64,000 bases of DNA from an uncultured delta proteobacterium (GCA_963709285.1 CAVPVR010000009.1:201063-265062), one strand, 5' to 3'; numbered from the stretch's first letter, positions 10,920-20,546 are shown. Notes: generated by a model not told the origin, from the letters alone. A program made the numbers and translations.

Positions 10920-11040
10920 ATCCGGGAAGTTGGTTTTTCCGGAGAAACGTGAAATTGTTGCTCAACACGTTTCCTCGGCGTGTTCTCTGAGAGTTTTTGA
11001 TTTTCACTGACCATTTTGCTGGTATGTTGGGGTAAACACC

Positions 11041-11523
11041 ATGGCTGAACTTGAGGACAGATTATCTAGGCAGATTCAGTCTCTGTGCGAGCGCGGCGAT
11101 AAGTTCGCGAACCAGGGCGACTACGCCTCGGCCCTGGAACACTATTGGCAGGCCTGGGGTCTTCTTCCTGAGCCCAAGACGGAGTGGCACGCCGCCACCT
11201 GGATACTGGCGGCCATCGGCGACGCCAACTTCCTGGGCGGCGACTACCAGGCCGGCAAAGACAACCTGAGCACCGTCATGCACTGCCCGGATGCCATTGA
11301 CAATCCCTTCTTGCACCTGCGACTCGGGCAATGTCACTATGAACTTGGCCAGGAAGAGCAGGCCGCGGAGGAATTAACCAGAGCTTACGCCCTGGAAGGG
11401 GCAGAGCTCTTTGCCACCGAAGACCCGAAATATCTGAAACTCATCAAAGCCAAACTTAAACCACTACCAGGCGGCTGGCCTGACGAAAAGCCCGCTAAGA
11501 AGCCGTGGTGGAAAGTGTGGTGA
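11041..11523 (+). CDS. TPR-like repeat protein, function unknown
   Basis: 160 aa. GDKFANQGDYASALEHYWQAW and LRLGQCHYELGQEEQAAEELTRAY resemble TPR helices. Confidence 0.6.
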   Translation: MAELEDRLSRQIQSLCERGDKFANQGDYASALEHYWQAWGLLPEPKTEWHAATWILAAIGDANFLGGDYQAGKDNLSTVMHCPDAIDNPFLHLRLGQCHYELGQEEQAAEELTRAYALEGAELFATEDPKYLKLIKAKLKPLPGGWPDEKPAKKPWWKVW

Positions 11524-11548
11524 AAACACCACGATAAGAACCTGAAAA

Positions 11549-11672
11549 GCTATGGCAAAACCTCAAGCTTTCCTAAGAGGTCATTCTGAGCGAAGCGAAG
11601 AATCTCGTATTTTCAATAGGTTGAGATCCTTCACTGCGTTCAGGATGACAGAAAAAACGGCTTTGCAATAGG
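11549..11672. repeat. MITE-like palindromic element, family A, copy 2 (inverted relative to copy 1)
   Basis: GGCAAAACCTC...GTCATTCTGAGCGAAGCGAAGAATCTCGTATTTTCAATAGGTTGAGATCCTTCACTGCGTTCAGGATGAC...GCTTTGCAAT. Confidence 0.85.
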
Positions 11673-11838
11673 TTCCAGTGTTAACGATCTTGGCTGGCAA
11701 GCCTGGTTCAGGCGGCAAGTCCAGATAACCTTGAACAAAAAAAGCGAAAAGTTAAGCAAATCCTGAAAAAAGGGGCTTCACGCCCCACCTACCCCTTCGG
11801 TTTATTCTTCAGCAATGGCATCAATTTTCCTGCCGAAC

Positions 11839-11866
11839 TTGATTCGCCTGCCGGTCGCAGTATAAT
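11839..11866 (+). promoter_or_regulatory. Sigma-70-like promoter upstream of tkt
   Basis: TTGATT, a 16-nt spacer, then TATAAT. It lies 69 nt upstream of the tkt ATG. Confidence 0.5.
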
Positions 11867-11934
11867 AACCGTGAAGCCTGCCGCCTTCAGGTTCCCTGAA
11901 GTGCACTTTTACCAAATTCCGGAGGCCATGGCCC

Positions 11935-13785
11935 ATGTCAACCTCAGCCGACCTGACCCGGATGGAACAGCTTGCCGCCCTCATTCGCCATTACATCCTC
12001 ACCGCCACCACCACCGCCGGCTCCGGCCATCCCTCCTCTTCGTTATCGGCCGTGGAGCTCATGACCGCCCTTTTTTTCGGGGGCATCTTTCGCTACGACC
12101 CTGACCAACCCCAGCATCCCAATAACGACCGCCTGATTTTCTCCAAAGGGCATGCCTCCCCCTTGCTGTATGCCCTGTGGGTGGCCGCCGGGAAGCTGCC
12201 GGGTGAAGAGATGGCCGCCAGTTATCGCAAGTTCGGGACCACCTTAGAAGGGCACCCTGCCGTGACCTTCCCTTACGTGGAGGCAGCCACCGGCTCCCTG
12301 GGCCAGGGCCTCTCCGTGGGGGTGGGCATGGCCTTGAACGCCAAGTATCTGGACAAACTGCCTTATCGCACCTACGTTCTCCAGGGGGACAGTGAAATGG
12401 CCGAGGGTTCGGTGTGGGAGGCGCTGGAGATTGCCACCCACTACCGCCTGGACAATCTGGTGGGCATTGTGGACATCAACCGCCTGGGCCAGCGGGGTGA
12501 GACCCTTTTGGGCCATGAGGTCTCTCTCTATGCTGCGCGGGCCTCGGCTTTCGGCTGGGAGACCATCTCCGTGGACGGGCACTCCCTCGAGGAAATTCTG
12601 GCGGCCTACCACCGGGCCCTGGCAGTCACGGGGCGGCCGGTGATGATCCTGGCCAAGACCATCAAAGGCAAGGGCGTCTCCTTCATAGAAGATAAAAACG
12701 GCTGGCATGGCAAGGCCCTGAACCAGGAAGAGTGTGACCGGGCCCTGGCGGAGTTGGGGGAGGTGGACCTCACGGTCCGGGGGGAACTGGCCCGGCCCCA
12801 GGACCAGACCCCCAAAGCCCCTCGTGCCGTGCCGCTGGCCGAGTTCGACTACCCCAAAGGCACCCCGGTGGCCACCCGCAAGGCCTACGGGAACGCCCTG
12901 GCTCGCCTCGGCCCCGCCAACCAAAAGATTGTCAGCCTGGACGGAGAAGTCAGCAACTCCACCATGGCGGAGATTTTCGCCAAGGTCTGCCCGGACCGGT
13001 TTTTCGAGATGTTCATCGCCGAGCAGAACATGGCCGGGGTGGGCTTGGGGTTGGCGGTGCGGGGAAAAATCCCCTTTGTTTCATCCTTTGCGGCGTTTCT
13101 GACCCGGGCCTTCGATCAGATCCGCATGAGTCAGTATTCCGACCCCAACCTCAAGTTCGTGGGCTCCCATGCCGGGGTGTCCATCGGCTGGGACGGTCCC
13201 TCCCAAATGGGCCTGGAGGATCTGGCCATGTTCCGCACCCTGGTAAATGGCGCCGTGCTCTACCCCGCGGATGCCGTGTCCACCGAGCGCCTGGTGGAGG
13301 AGATGGTGAAGCGCCACGGCATCATGTATCTTCGCACCACCCGGGAAGCCACCCCCATTCTCTATGGCCCGGAAGATGAATTTCAACTAGGCGGGTGTAA
13401 GGTTTTGAGGTCAAGCGGCCAAGACCGGGCTACGGTGGTGAGCGCCGGCATCACCCTGTATGAGGCTTTAGCGGCCTGGGAGGCCTTGCAAAAAATGGGG
13501 ATTTTCGTCCGGATCATTGATCTGTATAGCATCAAACCCATCGCGGCCGCCACCCTCGCCGACGCCGCCCGGCAGACCGGGGCGGTTATTACCGTGGAGG
13601 ACCATTATCCCGAGGGAGGCCTGGGAGAGGCGGTGATGAGTGCTCTGGCCACAGTACCCGTGCCCGTTTATTGTCTGGCGGTGACCAAAAAGCCCAAAAG
13701 TGGCGCCCCGGAGGAGCTCCTGGACTACGAGGACATTTCCCGGGGAGCCATTGTCCGCAAAGTCAAAGAGGTCCTGGACCGCTAA
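11935..13785 (+). CDS. tkt: Transketolase
   Basis: 616 aa. TTTAGSGHPSSSLSAVELMTALFF, the ThDP motif GDSEMAEGSVWEA, and C-terminal pyrimidine-binding and transketolase-C regions. Confidence 0.9.
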   Translation: MSTSADLTRMEQLAALIRHYILTATTTAGSGHPSSSLSAVELMTALFFGGIFRYDPDQPQHPNNDRLIFSKGHASPLLYALWVAAGKLPGEEMAASYRKFGTTLEGHPAVTFPYVEAATGSLGQGLSVGVGMALNAKYLDKLPYRTYVLQGDSEMAEGSVWEALEIATHYRLDNLVGIVDINRLGQRGETLLGHEVSLYAARASAFGWETISVDGHSLEEILAAYHRALAVTGRPVMILAKTIKGKGVSFIEDKNGWHGKALNQEECDRALAELGEVDLTVRGELARPQDQTPKAPRAVPLAEFDYPKGTPVATRKAYGNALARLGPANQKIVSLDGEVSNSTMAEIFAKVCPDRFFEMFIAEQNMAGVGLGLAVRGKIPFVSSFAAFLTRAFDQIRMSQYSDPNLKFVGSHAGVSIGWDGPSQMGLEDLAMFRTLVNGAVLYPADAVSTERLVEEMVKRHGIMYLRTTREATPILYGPEDEFQLGGCKVLRSSGQDRATVVSAGITLYEALAAWEALQKMGIFVRIIDLYSIKPIAAATLADAARQTGAVITVEDHYPEGGLGEAVMSALATVPVPVYCLAVTKKPKSGAPEELLDYEDISRGAIVRKVKEVLDR

Positions 13786-13856
13786 AGAATGCAGCCCGGA
13801 GGGTAGGCTGACGGTCGGCAAACTGGTGGTTGCCGAGGATTTAAGGGAGGCTAATC

Positions 13857-15281
13857 ATGGGCCACGGCATATGTGACCTCGGCTTGGTAGGCCTCGGGGT
13901 GATGGGCCGCAACCTGGTCTTGAATTTTACCGACCATGGCTTCAAGGTGGCGGTCTACAACCGCACCCCGGACAAAACCCGTGATATTGTCGCCAGAGAG
14001 GGGGCAGGTCGGGACATCTATCCGGCTTACACCCTCCCGGAACTCCTGGACCTTCTCCGATCTCCCCGGGCCCTCCTGGTCATGGTGTCCGCCGGGCCGC
14101 CGGTGGATGCAGTAATCGCGGAATTGGCTCCTCTCCTGGATTCGGGGGACCTCGTCATCGATGGTGGCAACTCCCACTTCGCCGACACGGACCGCCGGTC
14201 TGAGGCCCTGGCGGAGGCGGGGCTCCTGTTCCTGGGCCTGGGCGTTTCCGGTGGGGAGTTGGGGGCCCGCTATGGCCCCAGCCTCATGCCCGGTGGGGCC
14301 CGGGAGGGCTATGCGCGGGTGCAGCCCCTCCTTGCCACGGCGGCAGCCCGGGTGGACGACGAGCCCTGCGTAGCCTATTTGGGGCCGGGTGCTGCCGGCC
14401 ACTTCGTCAAGATGGTGCACAACGGCATTGAGTATGCCCTGGAGCAGCTCATTGCCGAAGCTTTTGACTTGTTACACCGGGGGTTGGGGCTGAACTTCGA
14501 GGAGATGGCCGAGGTTTTCACCGGCTATAATCAGGGGCTGGTGAAATCCTATCTGGTGGAGATCACCTCCCATATTCTGAAACGCCGGGACGATCAAACT
14601 AGGCAGCCTCTCGTGGCCCTGATCCAGGATGTGGCCCGCCAGAAGGGCACCGGCATCTGGACCTCCAAGGCGGCCCTGGACCTGGGGATGCCCATTCCCA
14701 CCATCGACGTGGCGGTGACCCTGCGGCACCTTTCGGCCCTGAAAGAGGAGCGGGAAGCGGCCGCCGGTGTTCTTCCCGGGCCGGGGCCCTTTTTCCCGGG
14801 ACCGGGGGACCGGCAAGGCTTTATCGGGAAGCTGGAAAACGCCCTGTTTGCCTGTTTTGTGGTGGCCTTTGCCCAGGGCCTGGCCTTGCTGCGGCGGGCC
14901 TCCGAGGTCCATCAATACCAGATTGATTTGGCGACTGTGGCTCGTCTCTGGCGAGGGGGCTGCATCATCCGGGCGGCCCTCCTGGAGGACATCCTAACAG
15001 CCTACCAGGCCCGGCCGGACCTCCCCAATCTCCTGGTGGACCCGGACCTGGGGGGGAAGGTGGCAGCCCGGCAAGGAGACTGGCGGGAAGTGGTAAAGGC
15101 GGCCGCCGACTGGGGCCTGCCGGCCCCTGCCCTCATGGCCTCCCTGGCCTACCTCGACGCCTATCGCAGCCGGCGCCTGCCCGCCAATCTGGTCCAGGCC
15201 CAGCGCGACTACTTCGGGGCCCACACCTATGAACGGGTGGACCGCCCCGGCACTTTCCACACCGATTGGCTGATTGGGTGA
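13857..15281 (+). CDS. gnd: 6-phosphogluconate dehydrogenase (decarboxylating)
   Basis: 474 aa. GLVGLGVMGRNLVLNFTDHGFKVAVYNRT, GGNSHFADT, HFVKMVHNGIEYA and QRDYFGAHTYERVD. Confidence 0.93.
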   Translation: MGHGICDLGLVGLGVMGRNLVLNFTDHGFKVAVYNRTPDKTRDIVAREGAGRDIYPAYTLPELLDLLRSPRALLVMVSAGPPVDAVIAELAPLLDSGDLVIDGGNSHFADTDRRSEALAEAGLLFLGLGVSGGELGARYGPSLMPGGAREGYARVQPLLATAAARVDDEPCVAYLGPGAAGHFVKMVHNGIEYALEQLIAEAFDLLHRGLGLNFEEMAEVFTGYNQGLVKSYLVEITSHILKRRDDQTRQPLVALIQDVARQKGTGIWTSKAALDLGMPIPTIDVAVTLRHLSALKEEREAAAGVLPGPGPFFPGPGDRQGFIGKLENALFACFVVAFAQGLALLRRASEVHQYQIDLATVARLWRGGCIIRAALLEDILTAYQARPDLPNLLVDPDLGGKVAARQGDWREVVKAAADWGLPAPALMASLAYLDAYRSRRLPANLVQAQRDYFGAHTYERVDRPGTFHTDWLIG

Positions 15282-15288
15282 GGGTAAG

Positions 15289-16050
15289 ATGGACGCAATA
15301 GGTCGAATCCAGACTTTTCCTGACCTGGAGGCCCTGAGCGCTGCTGCGGCCAGGATTTTTTTGGAAGAGGCCGCCAGGAGTGTGGCTGCCCGTGGGCGGT
15401 TTGCCGTGGCCTTCTCCGGGGGGAGCACACCCCGTCGAACCTACCAACTCTTAGCAACGGAGCGTTTCCGGGACCGGGTCAACTGGCAGCAGGTACATAT
15501 CTTTTGGGGTGACGAGCGGGGCGTACCGCCGGAGGACCCCCGGAGCAATTATCGCCTGGCCCGGGAGGTTTTGTTAGCCCGCGTTCCCATTCCTCCTGAA
15601 AACCTTCACCCCATGGTCGCCTTTCCTTCTGTGGCCATGGGGGCCCAGAAATATGAGGCGGAGCTCAAGGCCTTCTTTGGGCACGCGCGCCCCAGCTTCG
15701 ATCTGATCTTCTTGGGGATGGGAGCGGATGGGCACATCGCTTCCCTCTTCCCCGGCGCCCCGGTGCTATGGGAGGAACGGCGCTGGGTGGCTGGCGTCTC
15801 TGTCCCGGACCAGAAAGTAGCCCGGGTCACCCTTACCTCTTGGGTAATCAACCTGGCGGCCCTGGTAGTTTTTTTGGTTGCTGGCCAAGACAAAGCCGAG
15901 GTTTTAAAGAGCGTCCTGGAAGGCCCCCGGGAACCGGTGCGCTTCCCGGCCCAACTCATCCGCCCAGTATCGCAAAGACTCCTGTGGTTGGTGGACCAGG
16001 AAGCCGCTTCCTTGCTCTCCACAGAAACTCTCAAAACCCCAGAGGCTTAG
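15289..16050 (+). CDS. pgl: 6-phosphogluconolactonase
   Basis: The ORF opens at TTG 15274 and overlaps the gnd stop; ATG 15289 is the likelier start. Motifs FAVAFSGGSTP, IFWGDERGVPPEDPRSNY and LGMGADGHIASLFPG. Confidence 0.88.
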   Translation: MDAIGRIQTFPDLEALSAAAARIFLEEAARSVAARGRFAVAFSGGSTPRRTYQLLATERFRDRVNWQQVHIFWGDERGVPPEDPRSNYRLAREVLLARVPIPPENLHPMVAFPSVAMGAQKYEAELKAFFGHARPSFDLIFLGMGADGHIASLFPGAPVLWEERRWVAGVSVPDQKVARVTLTSWVINLAALVVFLVAGQDKAEVLKSVLEGPREPVRFPAQLIRPVSQRLLWLVDQEAASLLSTETLKTPEA

Positions 16051-16091
16051 CATCTAAACCATGATGTTCATCAAGAACGGGAAGAGGTGAC

Positions 16092-16757
16092 ATGTCGAAT
16101 ACCGAGAAAAAAATATCCGCCTCCATCCTCTCCGCCGATTTCGGCCGGCTGGCCGAACAAATCCAAGCAGCAGAAGCGGCCGGGGTGGACTGGATTCACG
16201 TGGACGTCATGGATGGCCACTTCGTGCCCAACCTCACCATCGGCCTGCCGGTCCTCAGGGCTGTTCGCAAAATCACCAAACTCCCCCTGGATGTCCACCT
16301 GATGATCTCTAACCCCCATCTCTACATCCAAGAATATATTGATGCCGGGGCTGACTGGCTGGGAGTCCAGGTGGAGGCCGCCTGGCACCTGGAGCGCCTG
16401 GTGCAGCAGATCAAGGAACTGGGGGCCAAGGCCACGGTGGTCCTGAACCCCGCCACGCCTCTTTCCAGCCTAGAGGTGATTTTGGGTGAGGTGGACATGG
16501 TTCTTCTCATGACCGTGAATCCGGGCTATAGCGGTCAGAAGTTCATCCCCGCCACCCTCCCCAAGATCATAAAACTCAGGGAGATGATTGACTATCAGGA
16601 GCTTGATGTCCTGCTTCAGGTGGATGGCGGTGTGCACCTGGATACCATCGATGAGTTGGTGGCCGCCGGGGTGGACGTCTTTGTGTCGGGTTCCGGCGTC
16701 TTCGACCGCGGGGACATCGCCGGCAACGTTCGCCGACTGCGGGAGCGGCTGAAGTAA
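16092..16757 (+). CDS. rpe: Ribulose-phosphate 3-epimerase
   Basis: 221 aa. ISASILSADFGRLAEQI, HVDVMDGHFVPNLT, MTVNPGYSGQKFI and VDGGV. Confidence 0.93.
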   Translation: MSNTEKKISASILSADFGRLAEQIQAAEAAGVDWIHVDVMDGHFVPNLTIGLPVLRAVRKITKLPLDVHLMISNPHLYIQEYIDAGADWLGVQVEAAWHLERLVQQIKELGAKATVVLNPATPLSSLEVILGEVDMVLLMTVNPGYSGQKFIPATLPKIIKLREMIDYQELDVLLQVDGGVHLDTIDELVAAGVDVFVSGSGVFDRGDIAGNVRRLRERLK

Positions 16758-16813
16758 AAAATTTTGGGGGAGGGGACCAGGGGTTGTGAATCCCTCCACC
16801 ATACCCTTTGGAG

Positions 16814-16891
16814 CCAGTAACCAGTGACCAGTGACCAGTAAAGGAACTGGGAATCGATAACTGGTTACTGGCGACTGCTCACTGGTCACTG
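16814..16891. repeat. Inverted pair of 4 x 7-nt heptamer arrays (CCAGTRA) forming a long hairpin
   Basis: Left arm: CCAGTAA CCAGTGA CCAGTGA CCAGTAA (16814-16841). The right arm (16861-16891) is its imperfect reverse complement. Located between rpe and zwf. Confidence 0.8.
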
Positions 16892-16971
16892 AACAATAGG
16901 GTAAGGGCCGCGGCCACTAGCCCCCTCCTTCCAGATAATTTACTAAAAATCTATGAGGGTTGCTGCCTGCC

Positions 16972-18540
16972 ATGACCGCATTTGACAAGGATCGGCCATC
17001 CACCCCTGGCGCCCTGGTCACCGGTCAGGCCCCGGATTTGGGGCTGTCCCCGGAGGCCTGCCTGTTCGAGGGGCGTCTTGAGCCTTGCTCTGTAGTGATC
17101 TTCGGGGCCACCGGCGACCTCACCGCCATCAAGCTCATGCCAGCTCTTTACAACCTCTTCCTGCGGGGGGGCCTCCCTTCCCCCTGTTGCCTGGTGGGCT
17201 GCGCCCGCACGCCCCTGAGCCGCCAGGAGTTTCAGGAGCGCATGGCTGACGCGGTGCAAAAAGCAGGCATGGATGTTTCCCGTTGGCAGGACTTCGCCCC
17301 GGCCCTGGAGTATCTTCCCCTGGACTACGCTTCTCCCTCTGACTACAATTCCCTGGCCCGTTTCCTCCAAGACCTGGAAAAAAAACAGCAGACTGGGGGG
17401 AACCGTCTTTTCTATCTGGCCGTGCCCCCGTCCTTGTATGCTGTGGTCAGCCAGGGGCTGGGGCGGTCGGGGCTCTCGGCCGAAGGGGAGCGCGGTTGGG
17501 TGCGCCTGGTGGTGGAGAAGCCCTTCGGTCGGGATCTCACCACTGCCCAGGAGTTGAACCGGGTTATACAGGCCCATTTCCAGGAACGTCAGATCTTCCG
17601 CATCGACCACTACATGGCCAAGGAGACGGTGCAAAATATCATCATGTTCCGCTTTGCCAACGCCATCTTCGAGCCTCTCTGGAACCGCAATTTCATCGAC
17701 TCCGTGGGCATTTTGGCGGCAGAAACCGTCGGGGTGGGGAATCGTGGGGGCTTTTACGAAGAAGCCGGGGTGCTCCGGGACATGTTTCAGAACCACATGA
17801 TGCACCTGCTGGCCACCACCGCCATGGAGCCACCCTCCCTCTTCGAGGCCGAACGGGTCCGGGACGAACAGCTCAAGGTCTATCGTTCCCTCAAGCCCCT
17901 CTCCGCCCCGGAAGCAGAGGAGGACATCATTCTGGGCCAGTATGCCTCGGGAGAGGTGAACGGGCAGGAGGTTCCCGGGTACCGGGAAGAGCCCCAGGTG
18001 AGCCCTGAGTCCCTCACCCCCACCTTTGCGGCTATGCGGGTCTTGGTGGACAACTGGCGCTGGCGGGGAGTGCCCTTCTACCTGGTCTCCGGAAAGCGCC
18101 TCCCGGCCAAGCTTACCCAAATCGTTATCCAGTTCAAGGAGGTGCCCCACTCCCTTTTCCGGAATGTCCATCTGGGGGAAATCGCCGCCAATCGCATGGT
18201 GTTGGGGATTTACCCGGAGGAGAAGATCACCCTGACCTTCGAGACCAAGAACCCCGGAGCCATCGTTTGCCTGCGCCAGGTGACCATGGAGTTTCCCTAC
18301 TACTCCCATTACGGGGGGCCGGTGATGGAGGCTTATGAAAAGAGTCTCATGGACGTTATCCAGGGCGACCAGATGCTGTTCTGGCGCCAGGACGCGGTGG
18401 AGGAGTGCTGGTCCTTCTTCAGCCCCGTCATCGAAGGCTGTGAGCGCTGCCCCGACCCGGCCTCGCGCCTCAACTTTTACCCGGCCGGCACCTGGGGACC
18501 GGAAAAAGCCCGGCCCATCCTGGGCAGGCTCGTAGGCTGA
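16972..18540 (+). CDS. zwf: Glucose-6-phosphate 1-dehydrogenase
   Basis: The ORF opens at TTG 16960; ATG 16972 is likely. Motifs VIFGATGDLTAIKLMPALYNL, RIDHYMAKETVQNI and EKPFG. Confidence 0.92.
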   Translation: MTAFDKDRPSTPGALVTGQAPDLGLSPEACLFEGRLEPCSVVIFGATGDLTAIKLMPALYNLFLRGGLPSPCCLVGCARTPLSRQEFQERMADAVQKAGMDVSRWQDFAPALEYLPLDYASPSDYNSLARFLQDLEKKQQTGGNRLFYLAVPPSLYAVVSQGLGRSGLSAEGERGWVRLVVEKPFGRDLTTAQELNRVIQAHFQERQIFRIDHYMAKETVQNIIMFRFANAIFEPLWNRNFIDSVGILAAETVGVGNRGGFYEEAGVLRDMFQNHMMHLLATTAMEPPSLFEAERVRDEQLKVYRSLKPLSAPEAEEDIILGQYASGEVNGQEVPGYREEPQVSPESLTPTFAAMRVLVDNWRWRGVPFYLVSGKRLPAKLTQIVIQFKEVPHSLFRNVHLGEIAANRMVLGIYPEEKITLTFETKNPGAIVCLRQVTMEFPYYSHYGGPVMEAYEKSLMDVIQGDQMLFWRQDAVEECWSFFSPVIEGCERCPDPASRLNFYPAGTWGPEKARPILGRLVG

Positions 18541-18549
18541 TGCCTGGTG

Positions 18550-18738
18550 TGGGGGAGGGGGCCAAGGGTCGCAGACCCTTGGCCCCCTCCCCCACGCCCC
18601 CTCCCCCAATCCCGTAAGAAGGTCAGGTCCGGGGCAGTCGGGCCTAAGGGTCCGCCTGACCCGGACCCCAATAAAGGGGGTTGGGAGGGGGGTGTGGGGG
18701 GAGGGCGGGGGAGCCACTGCTCCCCCGGCCCTCCTCCC
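18550..18738. repeat. Cluster of G/C-tract palindromes (REP family G)
   Basis: TGGGGGAGGGGGCCAAGGGTCGCAGACCCTTGGCCCCCTCCCCCA (18550-18594), plus a degenerate second unit near 18676-18738. Together they fill the convergent zwf/ubiE spacer. Confidence 0.8.
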
Positions 18739-18749
18739 ACGTAGGCCTT

Positions 18750-19490
18750 TTACAGCTTCACCGCCAGGTGGATCATGGCGATGCCGTTGGTCAGGGGGTG
18801 GTAGGAGACCTGGGAGAAGCCGATGTTTTTGAGGGTGGCAGCCAATTCCTCTGGCAAGGGAAACTGGCGGATGGAGGTGGTGAGATAGGCATAAGCTTCC
18901 CGGGAGCCGGCGATGAGCCGGCCCAACAGCGGCATGACCAGAAAGGAATAGCGGTCGTAGAGCCAGCGCCAGAGGGGATTACTAGGCCGGGAAAATTCCA
19001 GGATGAGCAGGCGTCCCCCGGACTTCAGGACCCGGTGCATCTCCTGCAAACCCTTTTCCCTGTGGGCCAGGTTTCGTATCCCGAAGCCCACCAGGACCGC
19101 ATCCAGGCTCCTATCCGCCAACGCCAGGTGCTCGGCGTCTCCCTCCACCAGCCAGATATGCTCAGCCAGCCCCGCCCGTGACACCTTGAGGCGGCCGGCC
19201 AGCATCATGGCCCGGTTGATGTCGTAAAGGATGACACCTCCCGTGGGCCCCACTTCCTGGGCCGCTAGAAGAGCCAGGTCGCCGGTGCCGCCGCAAACGT
19301 CCCCGACCTGCTCCCCGGGCTTGAGGCCCAGCAGGTCCACGGCCCGCCGCTTCCACAGGTGGTGCAGGCCGAAGCTCAAGACCGTGTTCATCAGGTCGTA
19401 GCGCCGGGCCACCGCGTCGAAGTGGCGTTTTACCTCAATAGTTTTCTCTTCTGGTGGCATTTCCGTAGGTTCCGGCCTCGAAGTCCTCAT
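18750..19490 (-). CDS. ubiE: Demethylmenaquinone/ubiquinone C-methyltransferase
   Basis: 246 aa. FDAVARRYDLMNTVLSFGLHHLWKRRAV, the SAM motif DVCGGTGDLA, and FGIRN. Confidence 0.88.
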   Translation of the reverse strand: MRTSRPEPTEMPPEEKTIEVKRHFDAVARRYDLMNTVLSFGLHHLWKRRAVDLLGLKPGEQVGDVCGGTGDLALLAAQEVGPTGGVILYDINRAMMLAGRLKVSRAGLAEHIWLVEGDAEHLALADRSLDAVLVGFGIRNLAHREKGLQEMHRVLKSGGRLLILEFSRPSNPLWRWLYDRYSFLVMPLLGRLIAGSREAYAYLTTSIRQFPLPEELAATLKNIGFSQVSYHPLTNGIAMIHLAVKL

Positions 19491-19589
19491 CCGGCCCCTG
19501 TGATTATATCACCATCACACCTGGGGAGGGCTCCTCCGGGTGATTTCTCTTCAGGGTTGTAACGTAACCGAAGGTGGGGGGCAGGCCCA

Positions 19590-19617
19590 TTGACATAAGA
19601 TTTTTCCGACTTATAAG
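19590..19617 (+). promoter_or_regulatory. Sigma-70-like promoter upstream of the pirin gene
   Basis: TTGACA, a 16-nt spacer, then TATAAG. It lies 20 nt upstream of ATG 19638. Confidence 0.5.
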
Positions 19618-19637
19618 AGGGGAACAGGAGCAACAAC

Positions 19638-20546
19638 ATGCATGAGGCTCGAAAAATCCGCAAAGTCTGGAAAAGTAAGCCTACCATTGAAGGCGCCGGC
19701 GTCCACCTCAAACGGGTTTTTGGGTTCAGCCAAGTGCCGATGTTTGACCCTTTTCTGTTGCTCGACGATTTCCGCTCCGACAATCCAGCTCACTATATCA
19801 AGGGTTTCCCCTGGCACCCGCATCGGGGCATCGAGACGATCACCTATGTTCTCCGGGGAGAAGTTGAACACGGCGACAGTATGGGAAACAAGGGCGTGAT
19901 ATCCTCTGGGGACGTCCAATGGATGACCGCCGGCAGTGGGATTATCCACCAGGAAATGCCCCATGGGGACACCGATGGCCTGATGTTCGGCTTTCAGCTG
20001 TGGGCCAACCTCCCAAAATCCCACAAAATGATGGAACCGCGCTACCGGGACGTGAAAAGCGAAGAAATCCCCGCAGTGGTGATGGAAAACGGCGCCAAAA
20101 TCAACCTCATCTGCGGCAGGCTTGGGGACCGGCAAGGACCGGTGGAAGACATCGTTATTGATCCGGAATACCTTGATATTACCGTTCCTGCCAAGTCGGA
20201 ATTCCGCCATCCCACCAAGCGCGGCCACACCGTGTTCGCCTATGTCATCGGGGGAAAAGGCTACTTCTGCCAGGAGAAAAACCCCTTTTCCTATGAAATC
20301 GAAGGGGTCAACTATTTTGATATGGACCGCGAGCCATTTATCGGGAACGAAACCATCGTCCTCTTCGAGGACGGCGATCAGGTCGTGGTTTCCACGGAGG
20401 GCGAGTCAGTGAGGTTCCTGCTTGTTTCCGGGCGCCCCATCGGGGAGCCGGTCGCCTGGCATGGCCCCATTGTGATGAACACGGAGGAGGAACTGGAAAC
20501 CGCTTTTGAAGAGTACCGGCAGGGCACGTTCATCAAACATAAATAA
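19638..20546 (+). CDS. Pirin-family cupin protein
   Basis: 302 aa. FPWHPHRGIETITYVLRGEVEHGDSMGN...GDVQWMTAGSGIIHQEMP is the pirin N-terminal cupin signature. Confidence 0.9.
   Translation: MHEARKIRKVWKSKPTIEGAGVHLKRVFGFSQVPMFDPFLLLDDFRSDNPAHYIKGFPWHPHRGIETITYVLRGEVEHGDSMGNKGVISSGDVQWMTAGSGIIHQEMPHGDTDGLMFGFQLWANLPKSHKMMEPRYRDVKSEEIPAVVMENGAKINLICGRLGDRQGPVEDIVIDPEYLDITVPAKSEFRHPTKRGHTVFAYVIGGKGYFCQEKNPFSYEIEGVNYFDMDREPFIGNETIVLFEDGDQVVVSTEGESVRFLLVSGRPIGEPVAWHGPIVMNTEEELETAFEEYRQGTFIKHK

Noticed and set aside
16951-18717. Very long antisense ORFs opposite real genes. Examples: the 588-aa ORF opposite zwf, 71..1180 opposite ilvD, 22712..23758 opposite katG, 51486..52370 opposite the CheB-CheR gene, and 60106..60927 opposite the RND gene.
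   Set aside because: These are typical shadow ORFs of GC-rich DNA. Their translations are low-complexity (G/R/P/H-rich) with no family motifs, while the opposite strand carries unmistakable conserved proteins.
18550-18738. Whether the repeat clusters at 18.5, 31.5, 39.2 and 43.5 kb could be CRISPR arrays.
   Set aside because: The units are self-complementary, of unequal length and not regularly spaced by unique spacers. No cas genes are present.
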